Shown in pieces: positions 14,089 through 27,262 of a DNA stretch of 64,000 nucleotides (positions are counted from its first letter, which is position 1; every line of letters starts with the position of its first letter). The stretch comes from Eledone cirrhosa. Lineage: Eukaryota. Below the pieces are notes generated by a model. The model was not told the origin of the DNA, made no database searches, and saw nothing but the letters and a program-made list of their open reading frames with translations. The position numbers and the translations under genes are program-made. The stretch lies in assembly GCA_964016885.1 (NCBI GenBank), contig OZ024742.1, positions 105,214,001 through 105,278,000 on the forward strand, written 5' to 3'.

Positions 14089-14241
14089 CATTATCTCTAG
14101 GCAGGCAGATTTTGTAAGAGAGACACGGTCTTTAATGTTTAAATCTTTGAATCCTGGTACTCTCTTGGAGAACTCAATAATCTTCAAAGCTGCTTCATTG
14201 GAAAAGTCTGTGATACTTTCTATTTTATCACTGAATGGTTT
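14089..14241 (-). CDS. RAR: RAR LBD exon (H3-H5): KPFSDKIESITDFSNEAALKIIEFSKRVPGFKDLNIKDRVSLTKSACLEIM
   Basis: tctttctag| acceptor and |gtaat donor, 153 nt, phase 0-0. Carries the NR signature EFxKxxPGFxxL and ACLEI. Not in the supplied ORF track. Confidence 0.93.
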
Positions 14242-15508
14242 CTAGAAAGAGAAATGAGCATATATACACTTTAAAATGAAATCTCATGTACTCAAAATGT
14301 GTGCAAGATGTTTGAATAGAATACTGTAAATGCTTATAAATTGAATTCAAAAGCAAGCTTGCAAATAGCCTATCTTTGTGGTATGATTTTTCATTGAATG
14401 ACTTTTCATCAAATAATTTTTTATCAAAACAATTTTTCATAGAATAATTTTGTAAATATATATTCATAGAACAACTATTTGATGAACTGAGTTTTTGTCA
14501 AAAACAGAGAAGAAAAACAAATTGCAGATGATGGAAACAGAGTGATGAATGTTGTGAAAAGAAATGGAGTGAGAGGAGAGATGGAAATAAATGTAGAATG
14601 AAGTAGAGGAAGAGTAAAATCAAGAAAGACATAGCTAAAAATGATGGAGGAAATGAAAGCCCAGGGTTTAGTGTGTGTGTGTGGGTGGGGGATGGGGGGG
14701 AGACAATAAGCAAAATGGAGAAGTTTCTCATGGGGCCCATGGCCTTAAATTGCTTGTTGTTGTTTGCTGTTTGTGTCATTGACCAATAAAAATAATATTT
14801 GCAAATTAGATTACATTTGTTACAACACAAAAAAAATAAAAGAGTTACCTATTAACCCTTTTGTAACTATATTTCCAATAAAATCCACTATTTCATATAA
14901 TTAATAATTTTGAAGGATTTACTAAAATTATTAATTATTTCATACTAAGATAGTAAATTAACATATGGTTCTTATGTACTATAATTTAAATAGGAACCCT
15001 TTAACTCCTTCAATATCAAAACGCCTGAAAAATTCCCTGGTTTTATGACACACAACTGTTTGTTTTAATGTCTAAAATTCATCCATCATAATTTTTTTGT
15101 AAGTACCTTTTGTTAAGTTATATTCTAAACACCAGCTTAATAATGAGCAAGTTATAATAATAATAATAATGAAATATTGTGTACAGTGCTCAGGTGCACT
15201 ACAACTCATCAAAAAGTGTATTATATTACTACATTGTTCCAAAATCTTGATTTTCAAAATTACTTGTAAATCTTAGACATGCTTTTATTAGAAATATGGT
15301 AACATCAAAATAGGTAGCTTTGTTTCATAGAATCGGAGCTGAATTTGACTGGATTATGGGTTAAAGACATCAAATCCTATCAATTCCAGCTGCATTAATT
15401 GCACTCCAGTATGGCCAGAACCAAAATGGAGGAAAACTACCTAAAGATGTTCTATTGCTGTGCACTGAGATGTTACTGAGTTATAGGAATTTCAACAATC
15501 AAACTTAC

Positions 15509-15628
15509 CAGATCTGTATGCTTATCGTGAGAGTTATCAGTATCTTTTCCTAAGCCATTCTCTGTCCCCAGCTGTTTACTGTTATCCTGATGCTTGTTCT
15601 CTAAAGATGAAATCTCATTGTTTTCCAC
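15509..15628 (-). CDS. RAR: RAR H1-H3 loop exon: VENNEISSLENKHQDNSKQLGTENGLGKDTDNSHDKHTDL
   Basis: Strong tttttttcag| and |gtaagt sites, 120 nt, open in phase 0-0. No homology support. Confidence 0.75.
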
Positions 15629-15951
15629 CTGAAAAAAAAATTTTTTGTTTTAATTTCAAAATAGAGGTAGTGACATATAGAGAGAGACTGGAGCAAACAT
15701 AGAGTCTACTAAATCAAAAATGAAGAAAAACACAGGAATAGACAAGCATACATAAAACACATTAGCATAGAAAAAAAGACCCAAATTCTGTTGCTTTCAG
15801 TTGTTTGCTTAACAAATGTTTATATACTTTCAAACATTTATTCACAATATTCCATAAAATTAAGAAATCTCAAATTTCCATTAAGAAATTAATATTTTTT
15901 TAATTTAAAATGAAAATAAACAAAATAAAGAAATCATTATTACTATCATCT

Positions 15952-16610
15952 GGTGTACCGAAGAATGCTGTCGTAGAACCGTGACTACCTCTTTTCAGCT
16001 GAGAATGAAGGATTTCAACCAGTTAAAAAGATCCTCCCTCACACCCATTGCAGAGAGTTTCGCCATAAATCTTTTGTGTGGCACAGAATTAAAAGCCTTA
16101 GCGAAGTCAAGGTAAACAACATCCACTCATGAGCCGCTGTCAGTGATCCGGGTAATGTCTTCAAGGAACTCGATAAGCTGATCACAGCAGCTGGAGTTAG
16201 GGATAAATCCAAATTGCGAGGGCCAGATGAGGCTGTGAGAGCTCCAGAAGTTCCAAAGTGTTTCTCTGACACAGGATTCCATCAGTTTGGCAATACAGCT
16301 AGTAAGACTGACTGGATGATAGTTGATAGGTGACATGCGGTCGCCCTTTTTGAACAGGGGAATGACACTGGCAGTTTTCCACTGCTCCAGAGTAGCACCA
16401 TTGTTGAGACAGTATTGAAAGAAGAAAGCTGGTGCAAAAGGAAGTACTCGCCACGTTTGAGAAGCAGGTATGTAACACCATCAAGACCAGGGGGGGGGGG
16501 GGGAATAGTTGCGCTTATTCTTAAGGTGACGTCGCAGCATTGCAGGTGTAAATTCCATAGTTGTTATGGAATTTGATGTTAGAGATGGTGGAGATGGTAC
16601 ATGATAAAAT
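15952..16610 (-). mobile_element. CR1/L2-type LINE reverse transcriptase fragment
   Basis: NYHPVSLTSCIAKLME, QFGF and LDFAKAFNSVPH motifs with frameshifts. Confidence 0.85.
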
Positions 16611-18982
16611 GATAAAGACATTGTTGCCAGGTTAGAGCACATGTAAATCTAAAGAGTAGCTAAAACCACTGCTGGTTTTAAGATACAAAACTGTCTATTT
16701 TAAAATGTTAATATTCTATCTAAATCTCCTTCCCCCTCATAATTTGATGTAAGAACCTTTGTTAAGCTATACTCCAAACATCAACTTAATAATGAGAAAG
16801 TTAGTCATATTACTAAATCCCTCTAAATTCTTGCTAGGCACGTGGCACATCTAAAGAACTAATTTCAGGAAAATATAATTTAATAATGATATCAATAAAA
16901 AATGTTGGTAATGATAACCATGAAGATGATTCAGTAAAATACATTATATTTAACTGTTAATAGTATCATTGCTAAGGGACAGACCGATCATTGTGAAAAT
17001 TTACAGTATTATAGTAAAGACTTAAGAGTTTTATATAAATATATATATATATATATATACACACACATATATATATTTGGTGAGGTGAAGAAGTTTGAGT
17101 AGTGCTGACAAGGAACAAGCAAGTTCAGAATCAAAATGTGTAAGAATAACAACAGATAAATGATAAGGTGACAAGCCAGGAACTGGGTGAGGTGCATAAT
17201 GGTGCAGTTGCTTGTTAGATGGTTGGAAGGCAACCAGAGAGAAAGTAGAGGTTTTCAAAGTTTATCAACTAAATAAATTGCAACAAGACACATTACACTA
17301 CTTCACTGTGGAGAGGATTAACAGTTGAAAGAACATTCAATAGTCTAAACTCTTACAACTGAAATTTAAATACAAGATTCTGTAAGCAACTAGATTTTCA
17401 TAAGTATTTCTATCTATATATAATGCTTTCAAACATTGGCAGAAGATCAGGAATTTGGAGGAAGGGGAAAGTCGATTATATCAGCCGCAGTATTTTACTG
17501 GTACTTGTGGATGGGTGAAAGGCAAAGTTGACCTCAGTGGGATTTGAACTATTTTAGTGATATTTTATTTTATCAATATCAAAAGAATGAAAGGCAAGGT
17601 TGATCCCAGTGGCATTTGAACTCAAAACTTAAAAGGCCATAACTAACTGCTACATTTCGTCAGATTATCTCACAATTCTGCCAATTTGATGCCCTCAAGC
17701 CGTTCAATATATAATGGAAGCACAATGCCGACAATTTGTAGGGAGTGGAAAGGTGATCAACCCAACCTCAGTACTTTACTTTATTGATCCTGAAAGGATG
17801 AAAGGCAAAGTTGACACTGGCAAGATTTGAACTCAGGACATAGAGTTGAAATAAATGCTGCAAAACATTTTGCCCGACATTAACGATTCTGCCAATCCAC
17901 CACTCTATATACAATGGTTTGGAATAATAGGTATAATAAAACCTTTCTAAAATATCCATATGCATACAAGTGGTACAACACAAAATTCAAACAAACACCC
18001 ATCTTTGTCGATAGAATTTTAGAAGGTTTCATTGAATATAATATATATACAGTTTCAGGGTAAATGTGGATCTGGAAGAAGCTTTTCTTTAAAGATGGAA
18101 CATGATGAGAAGTTTAGAACTCAGGAAATGTTATATGTGTGTAGACGTGACTGTGGGCATGCATTATCATGCTTCTATAAGTGGATCAGTAATTATATAC
18201 TGCATGTGTGTGTGTGGTGTCCATGTATGTGTGTAGTATATGTGTGAGTGTTGTACAAGAAGGAATACTAATGCGCATGTAATTATGCAATTTCACATCA
18301 AAACAACTTTAACCATAAAAGATTATATAATTATTCTGTTTGTTTAGATGCAGATCGGCACTGATCAAACAGTCCTTTGATCCAAAACATTCCAGCCATG
18401 AACACACCTTCTTTTTATGGTTATGTGTGACAGCATTCATATCCTTATATAGAATGATAGGGTGTTAACTTGAGGGAGTTTTACTATTTTTAGCTGCTTC
18501 AGCTACTGCATTTGTGGTCACTCATTGGCTCATAGGGGATTAAACTGTTTGTACTGCTGTTCAATTTAAATTGATAACTTTGGTTTCGAGGAAAACGAGT
18601 TCAGTCAAATCCATTATGTTTGTCATAGCTTTGGCGTGGTTTTACTAGCTAGATGCCCTTTCTATCACCAAATCTTAACACTGTAGACTGGGTGCACTTT
18701 ACCATGCCACTAACACTAAAGAGGTTTTCTGTTCAAGAATAAGTGTGCCACTTCTACACTATATCATAAGATGCCATCTTAACCCTACATAGGTGAGATG
18801 TAAATTTCATGTTATTTTATTTTTCAATAATCATATATTAACATTAAAAAAGTATAAAACAAACATTACCTGCAAAAATTTAAGTTAACTAACATTAATT
18901 CATTTTTATATTTATCTAAATGTCTTCCATCATAATTTTATATGAGAAGCTTTGTGAAGTTATATTCCAAATACAAGCTTAA

Positions 18983-19270
18983 CCCTTTAACATTTAAACC
19001 AGCCATATCTGACCAGAATTCTCTCACCTCTTTCTGTTCAAACTGGCTGTAACCAGCCACTCATATTGATGTTAAGGTATTATTCTCAAAATAAATAACA
19101 TCAAAATCTCATAGATTCAATATTACTCTTTTATCTGTTTCAGCCATCCGGCTGAGGCCATGCTGGGGCACTGCCCTTGTGTAAGATAATTATGTAAGAT
19201 AATTATGTATCATAAAGTGTTTACCATGAAAATACAACAGTAAATATAGAGTAATGTAAATGCTAAAGGG
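18983..19270. mobile_element. piggyBac-like MITE nested in a second TTAA-type element
   Basis: TIRs CCCTTTAACATTTA and TAAATGCTAAAGGG, with TTAA on both sides. Confidence 0.8.
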
Positions 19271-19727
19271 TTAATAATGAGAAAATTAGTTATTTCATGA
19301 AATCCCTTTAAATTCTTGATTACTTTCAAAATCAAATGCAGTGTATTTCATTAAATAGGGTTAAAGCTGCATAGCCTTCAGAAAATCTATCAACATGACC
19401 AAATGAAAATTTATCTAGTTGTCTTGCAAGCTGCTGGAACCATATAATCAATAGAAGACAATCAATCACAAGTTATTTCCAGCACAATTACTCTAATTGG
19501 TAAAGTCAGGCCAGTGGTAATGGCCTGTGTTACTAAAAATTAGATCAGAAATAAAAAGATGAATGCTAGTATATCATGAGATGAAACAGACACAAACGTT
19601 ACAGATGAGGGCCTTTTGCTGGGCTGCAAGAAGGAAGTCCTACTTGAAACATTAGTTTTTCTATTATCTCATGGTACAACAACAAATATAGACACCCCCT
19701 TCTGTTTTACTTCCCTAAATGGATCAC

Positions 19728-19754
19728 CTTTACTGAAGCTTTCAGAGATGCATC
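19728..19754 (-). CDS. RAR: Candidate 27-nt microexon: DASLKASVK
   Basis: ctctctctcatttgttttttctaaag| acceptor and AAG|gtgatc donor. Length is a multiple of 3 and it is open in phase 0. Confidence 0.5.
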
Positions 19755-20178
19755 CTTTAGAAAAAACAAATGAGAGAGAGAAACAATGAAGTAAGCATTT
19801 TCAGCAGATGGGACTGTTCCTTATACAAGGGCTTGCATAGAAAAAAAAACACCTACTGCTTACAAGTTCACTAGTGGTAAATACTGAAACACACTACACA
19901 CACTCATATTCCTGATTGATAATTGCTTAGACATTCCCAGTTTTAATACACCCTAATACTGCTGATTGGAAAAATTATGCATGCAGGCACATGCACATAC
20001 ACACAAACAGAAATACACACGCATGCACACGTTTTCATGCGTAACACATAATACCATGCTCAAACAAAGAAGGAGAGAGAAGGGGACCAACAACATAAAC
20101 CCACCACCGCTCCATGAAAGAAGACAAGGGATGTGAAAAATAGTTGTTGAAAGGATTGGATTAAAGTGTGGTTCTTAC

Positions 20179-20217
20179 CAATTTTGACACTGACATATTT
20201 GACATTGTTAAATATAT
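20179..20217 (-). CDS. RAR: Candidate 39-nt microexon: IYLTMSNMSVSKL
   Basis: ttgtttttgttttccag| acceptor and TTG|gtaaga donor. Length is a multiple of 3 and it is open in phase 0. Confidence 0.55.
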
Positions 20218-20454
20218 CTGGAAAACAAAAACAAGGGGGTGTTTCATTATTAAAGGTAGTTCTTCAAGAACTGAACCCACATAGTCACTCACATTATGTG
20301 TGATAGACATAGAAGAGGGAACATATTGGATCAGTCAACCAGGGGACTGAACTCTGACCAGACATTTGATTCCATTTTGGAGACAGATGAGATCAGAATT
20401 TAACTTTCTACTTAACACATATGCACAAAGAAATACACAGACACACACAATCTA

Positions 20455-20644
20455 TAATTGTTTCTACTTTTGGCACAAGGCCAGCAATTATCCCAGTGAA
20501 TTACTGGTACTTTATTTTATCAACCCCGTAAGGATGAAAGGCAAAGTTAACCTCGGCGGGATTTGAACTCAGACTACAAAGGGTCGTAACTCTATGCTGT
20601 AAAGCATGGCGTCCGACCCTCTACCGATACTGCCAATCCCCCGC
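20455..20644 (-). mobile_element. Young full-length SINE with apparent target-site duplication cacaatctataatt
   Basis: A and B boxes present; cacaatctataatt occurs on both flanks. Confidence 0.9.
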
Positions 20645-23600
20645 ACAATCTATAATTAAGATAGATTAGTGAGTTTACACACCTCACTTAGTTATCCAAG
20701 ATGAAGTTCCCACTCAACCACAGTGTTTTACATGTGAGAACTTTAAACAGTGTCAACTTGATACAAGATTAATCAAAAGTTTTTACTAAAATATAGTTTT
20801 GATGATTATACTTTTGTCCTTTACTTTAGAAAGTTAGTAGGCAGTGTTTGTGAAATAATAGCAATTGAGAGTACAAGACTACCTCCTGGACAAGACAACA
20901 GTCCACCACAGAGTTAACACGCAGCTACTACTGAGTGAACTAGAGCAATGAGAAATGAAGTGTTTTGTTCAAAAACACAATGCACCGACTGGTCCAAGAA
21001 TCAAACCTATGACATTACATAACCCCAACATCTTGACTTCTAGACTATGTGCCTCTGCATATTTAACAAACTGCAAATTCTAGCTGGTTAAATTAACTGG
21101 ATGTCAAACTAATGATTAAGAATCAAACTAATGATTAAGAAGTGAGCAGATCCCATCCTGCTACCAGCATTGAACTGAGTCCCTGGCAAAGATATATATA
21201 TATATAGCTATAAATAAGAACCATGCTTAGATACAGTTGACGGATGTAAGAAGCTATGGATACTGTATAATAGAAAAGTGTTTTGTGGACTGTTGGATTA
21301 AAATCTCCACATTCATTTTCACTTTGAAGAGAGAGGGCTAAGCAAAATTAAGATATTTTTTAATCCTCAATTAGCATTTTAAGAACTAGTTAGTGCTTAA
21401 CTGTGGTTTCAAATCTCTGCATAGTATGTTGTAGTGCACCAGAGCACTGTACACAATAATTTCATTATTTCTATTATTATTATATACTTTAGAAATAATT
21501 CTCAGAAGATGTGGAACTTGGCTCTCTAATACATAGGTAATGGCATGTAGAATTATGTCCATTTCCCACACAATAGTGTGCCTATAGTGATTTTAAACTG
21601 AACAACAATAACCTGTTGGTTAAGTACCATATCTATTCATTTAGTTATTTATTATATTTCCACACCTAGATATGGAAATGACAGTCATTATTAGGGCTGG
21701 ATTAAGTCTTTTTGGAACCCTAAGCACTTAAAAGATGGTTGTGCCTCCCCATATATAAAGTTTGCAATAGAAGTTTCATCAATGTTACATAAATATTAAT
21801 GGAAGAAAAATTTTACACAAGGCTGCCCTATTCAAAAACAGTTCATAATTTTAAATAGATATCAGCCCATGCAACAATGGAAAAGCAGATATAAAACAGT
21901 GATGATGATGATTCTGAAACAAATAGCTGTATGCCTTATCTAAGTTTATTCATGGTTCATAACCATGTAGTTAGTGATCTCACATATTTTAACCTAAAAA
22001 ATGCTGCACCACAAATATCAATAATTTCATAAGCCATAAATACCGGTAGGTTTGAATAACCCAACTTCTGTAGCTTCATCATCTTTATTTTTATGTCGAT
22101 TCTTTCCATGCTGACATGAATTGGACAGGACTTTTTGAGGCAATATTTTACAGCCAGATGCCTTTCCTTCTTACAACATGCAGGGATACTGAGTACCTAT
22201 TCTAATCCAGATACACAGCCGTCAGAGAGGATATAAAACATCTGATTTTGGCTAGAATGTTAGTATATCATAAGTGACACTACTAAAATGTCTAGCCTTT
22301 GTTCTCTCTCGCTAGAAGTTTCATATCTAACAATCTATGATAGAATATGTAGCACAAGTCTGCAAATATAGGTGCACTTCTATTATGTTGTTGGACCAAA
22401 TGATGTTAATAATTTCAACTTTGCCAAATGTCCATTTTCTATGCCTGCATAAGTTAGACGGCTGTTGTGTTATTAGGCTAAACAAGTCAGGTGACCACGT
22501 CTTGTTCCATTTTGGGTTTGTTTTTTTAAGATTGGATGCCCTTTATGGCATGGATTGGGAGCTTTTTTTGTGACACCAACACTGGAGTAGGTATTTTTTA
22601 TCAAGGCACCAGTACAGGGTGGACTGGTAGTTTTTATCATGACACCAGTATGACCACCTTACAGAGTAGAATTAATTTAATTAAATTATTCAATTATGAA
22701 GCAGGATAAACAGTTTATCTGTATACATGCACACATAGATGCATGCATTCTCTTCAGTTGCATGTCTTGAACAAAGATGTTACACAGATTTTAAATAAGA
22801 GATCTAAGTTTCTTAATTATTCACACAAAAGCTGTTTCGAAAAACATATGGGAGTATGGAGCCTGTGAACATAGGTAATTTGTCCTCATAGTTTAACATT
22901 TATTTTCTATGCCTGCATAAGTTACACACTGAGTCTAGACTGGCCAAGTGACTCTGTCTTACTCATATACTCCATTTTTGGTTTGGTTCCTAGGGATGGA
23001 TGCCTTTCCTAATGTCAACCACTTTACAATTAGTTCATGTAAATGGTACATGTGGATATAAATGCACTTAGTGCATATAATGCACCTCACTTGACTGTAA
23101 TATTTGATGCTGTTTAGTTTGTTGCAGGCATTATGTTGTGTATCTGTGGTGATCTAGCCAGGCAGAGCCCATCCCACTCTGAGTTGGCCACAGCTGATAC
23201 CTTCTATCAAGCTGGTTTGCTTTTGTCATCAGAAAAGACTATCTATAAATAAGGGATTCATCTTGCACTAGCCATTGTCTTTACCAAAGTAAGGGCAAAC
23301 ATCATCCAATGAAGCCAGGTTAACATCACATCTTCAATGCTGCTAAGCATGTCCATGTCAGCTAAAGCAGTGTTCTAAACCAGCATGAATTCTGTCAGCT
23401 ACCAAAGAACAGTAGTAAATTAGAAGTGAAGAAAACTAGTCAATTATTCTTCTGGGGTGCCAAATGGCCAACATGGCTTTTTAACCCATAATAGTGATAA
23501 CAATGTTTTGTTTTCTTTATTGTACTACATATGCAGAAGTTTGAGATTATTTGTATTTTCTTCTTTATGGATAGAGATTCTCCAAGTTTTTAAACATTTA

Positions 23601-23941
23601 ACTGGAACTGTAAATTAAATTTTGTATGTAACATTTACTAGCAGAAAATATTAAGAACAAATGAACTGAAAAAGCAGCTGAATGGATGATAAGCTAACAT
23701 GTGGAAGAGAAACATGTGATACAAATGGATGTTGAGTGCTAGATGAAGGGGAAAAGATGGTGAGTGCTGTTGGTGGAAGATTACCTGTGGCATAGAAAGA
23801 GCAAGGAAAAAGAAGACTTGGAAAGAAATGATTAGGTCAAACCTCAGAATACTGGGATTTCCACCAAAGATGGAAAAAGACAAGACATATTGGGATATAA
23901 TACATGGTAAACCTACGAAATCCATGAAGACATAAAAGACA

Positions 23942-24506
23942 TTAACCCTTTTGTGAACATATATTTAATGAAATGCACTGTATTTTGATTAAGTAATGAA
24001 GAATTTGGAAAGATTTACTAAAATTATTTTTATTACATTATTAAGGTTGCTTTCTTTGGTGTCTGAGTGTTAACAGATCATATTATCATATTTCTAATGA
24101 AATTTGAATAATTTAATGAAATAATTAACCATTTCATTAGTAAGCTGATGTGTTTCAAACATTGCTTAACAAAATTTTCTTTAAACTAAATTATGATGGA
24201 AGACTTTAATATATCTAAGTAAGGAAATTTAAAAATTAACAATTGTGTATCATAAAAAAAGTGCATGGATGTGACACAAAAAGAATAAGAATGTAACCAG
24301 TTAACTCTTTCATTACCATATTTCTAACCGTAATGAAGAATTTGGGAAGTATTTACTAAAATTATAATTTCATTAAGATGGTACTTTAAAACCTAATTTA
24401 AACATAAAATTATGATGGAATGCTTTTAGATCAATATAAATACTTTCAAAGTTCTGTATCATATAAACATGGCTGGTACCATGTTATTTGTTATCAAAAA
24501 GGTTAA
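23942..24506. mobile_element. Abundant ttaacccttt...aaaagggttaa piggyBac-like non-autonomous repeat, two tandem copies (others near 2.5, 5.6, 15, 46, 47.4, 49.5, 50.8, 53.2 and 56.2 kb)
   Basis: Recurrent internal motif catatttctaatgaaat...gaatttggagggatttagtaa...cattattaag and TTAA-flanked ends. Confidence 0.65.
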
Positions 24507-25946
24507 GTGAGTAATAGCATGTGATTTCAATATATAAACACTTGTATATAATCCAACATTGTTATGGGTTTAATTTCAGGTTCTCTGAATTTAGGGGCTA
24601 TTCTTCCCTCAAATTCGTTTCAATCCGTATTTCTATGTTCTACACTCTTAAAGATTACATAAACTTTAGATTTAGTTTAGCAATTCTGAATTTGAGTGAT
24701 TTTCTCAAATCCAGCAAAAAAATAAATGCTACAAACATTAAAATGGTGGACTTTGAATTCGATGTTTCGATTTCTGATAATGTAGAAACTTAAAATATTA
24801 ATTTTCCACAATTTTCAGATAAATCGTGACCCAGTCTGACTGAAAATACATTGATTTTTGTTTATTTCAATTTGATGGTTCCCCATAAAATAGAATAGAT
24901 CCAGTGTTGGTATCTGTAAACTTATAAATTTTTTACAGATTCATATTCCTTTAAGGAAACATTGATGCAAATATGCCAGTCATATATTGTGCCACATTGA
25001 CACAATCTTACTAAATGGTATTAATTATTAAAGGCATTCAATATCTATATTGTACTGGTGTGTTAATACACGTCATGTATTTTATTCTGTGATATATGTA
25101 CGATACAATAGCTCAACTTCAATTCAGTGTTTAGGAAAGCAATGTTTGATCACAAAAAGAATAAAAAATAATTTGAAAACATGTTACCAAAAATGTTAAC
25201 CTGAAAAATTTAAGCAAAAATGATAAGAAAGCAGGGGATACTTGTTAGCCATTCCAATGTAGTTAGATTAATAAAATGCTAATAAAATCTTAAATATTCA
25301 GGACACAACTACACCAATGGTTTTATACAGATAATATAGCAGTCTGTTGTAAATTATCCAACAAAAATTTTAAAAATCAAACCAGCTCGCTATACCACAC
25401 CAGTGCTCCTATCCTACATACTATACACACCAAATTTTAATGTCCAGTTGTCTTGAGCACCACTTCTTAGCAGCTCTTTTTGTTCTACATTTTATGAAGT
25501 AACATAAGCTAAAACGTATAAATCAACACATTGACTGCATCAGATCAATAGGAAAATTGAGGTGTTTAATACTGCAAATTTTCACAATGATCTGTCCACT
25601 AGTGAAGCTAATATAAACATTTGAATTAACAAACCCTCATGTAGATATTTCCTGCTAAATTATTATAAGTTGTTAAGAGCTAATGATTGTTGTGTTATAT
25701 ATGTGAACACTAACTGACATACTTCTAGATAGGCATCAAACTTTCTAAGAGAAGCAAGGTGAAACACAGAGCTGTGTAATATATCACAGACTATAGATAA
25801 ATGATGATGATGATAATACTGGCAACAATAATGATAAGTGGCGATTTTGATGGTGATAATATGAAAATTGATAAAAATAATTGGTATGTGCAGAAAGTGA
25901 ATTTCAACAAGTATTTATAAATTAAAGAAAAATTAATAGAACATAC

Positions 25947-26104
25947 ATGTTTATTTTCCTTAGTTGTGATGTAAGTTTGTTGATGACAACTAAGTAAATC
26001 TTCCAAAAGACTCTTCTCACTCTCAGTCAATTCCTCAGAATGTATGGAATGTGTTCCATTTGCAGCTTTTGCTTTTTTCTTTTTGTTCCGATCACTGCGT
26101 ACAG
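25947..26104 (-). CDS. RAR: RAR T/A-box, NLS, hinge and H1 exon: (A)VRSDRNKKKKAKAANGTHSIHSEELTESEKSLLEDLLSCHQQTYITTKENKH
   Basis: VRSDRNKKKK matches the RAR-specific VRNDRNKKKK. Splice sites ttaaag| and |gtatgt, phase 1-0. Confidence 0.93.
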
Positions 26105-27262
26105 CTTTAAAAACAAAGAAGACAAAGGACAAGAGTTAGTATAACTTCTAACACAAGCCAAGAAAAGAGGGTATACATTAGTCAATCAACCTACAAAAAG
26201 AAATAGCAGCCAAATCCCCTTCAAATCAAACCTTACTGAATTTGAAAAAAAGGATATATTAGCTATAGTAGTCTTATAAAAGATGGGATGACCACAGGTC
26301 TGCTCAATCAAGGCTGACCTGGAATAAATAACTACTTCTATCAACAATACTGCACTGTATAAAAAATATAATGTATCATATAGATATGTGAGGCAGCGAA
26401 TTGACACTGTCATATGAACACTGAATAGAATGCTTTGACTGGCTCTCTGTTCTCTGATTTCAAAATCCACTGAGGTCAACTTTGCCTTTCATCTTTGATA
26501 AAAAAAAGGTACCAGTCCAGTACTGGGATTGAATCTTCCTCAGTATTTCATTCCCATTCCATGCCTATCACTCTTCTCTGGAAAAAATTGGTTACATTCA
26601 AACCAAGAGAGGGATGGGTACTACCAGGTTTTAAATTCCCAAGTCATGCTGTATATCACTGCAACACCCCTATAATTACACCAGGAGCTACAGGCCCATA
26701 GATGCACTACACAGAGATCATCAAAAAAGAAAAAAAAAAGAGAATCTATTCACTTGAATATAGATATGTAAAACTTTAACCAAATATACAAGCTTTCTCA
26801 GAAAGATGGCACACCTCATGAGGTCACAGACAAGATCTACTAAAGTAAATCATACAATAAAAGTATACAAATGGTGGTATATACAAACAAGTCTGAGAGG
26901 TGAATTTTTAATGTTAGAGGTTATTTTAAATGACTATTTTCCATGCTTGCATGGGTTAGGTTGTCATAAAGTGAAGCTAGATTAGTTAGTGATCGTGTTT
27001 TGCTTCTATGTTCCATTATTTGGCTTAGGTGACAGGAGAATTTTTATATTTGATAGAGAGTCGAAAAGTAAAAGAAACCTCCCTTTAAGAAATATCCACT
27101 ACAACCCTATATCAGCATGAGTAAATCGAAAATTTACAGTTATGAAGATGCTAATGGTGATGGTGTTTGAGAGTTTTAGAATTTTCCTTAGAATTTATAG
27201 ATGAATTCAAGTCCAGATTTTAAAAGAATCCCTCTTAGATTAAAAGGGGAAAAGAGCAGTAC

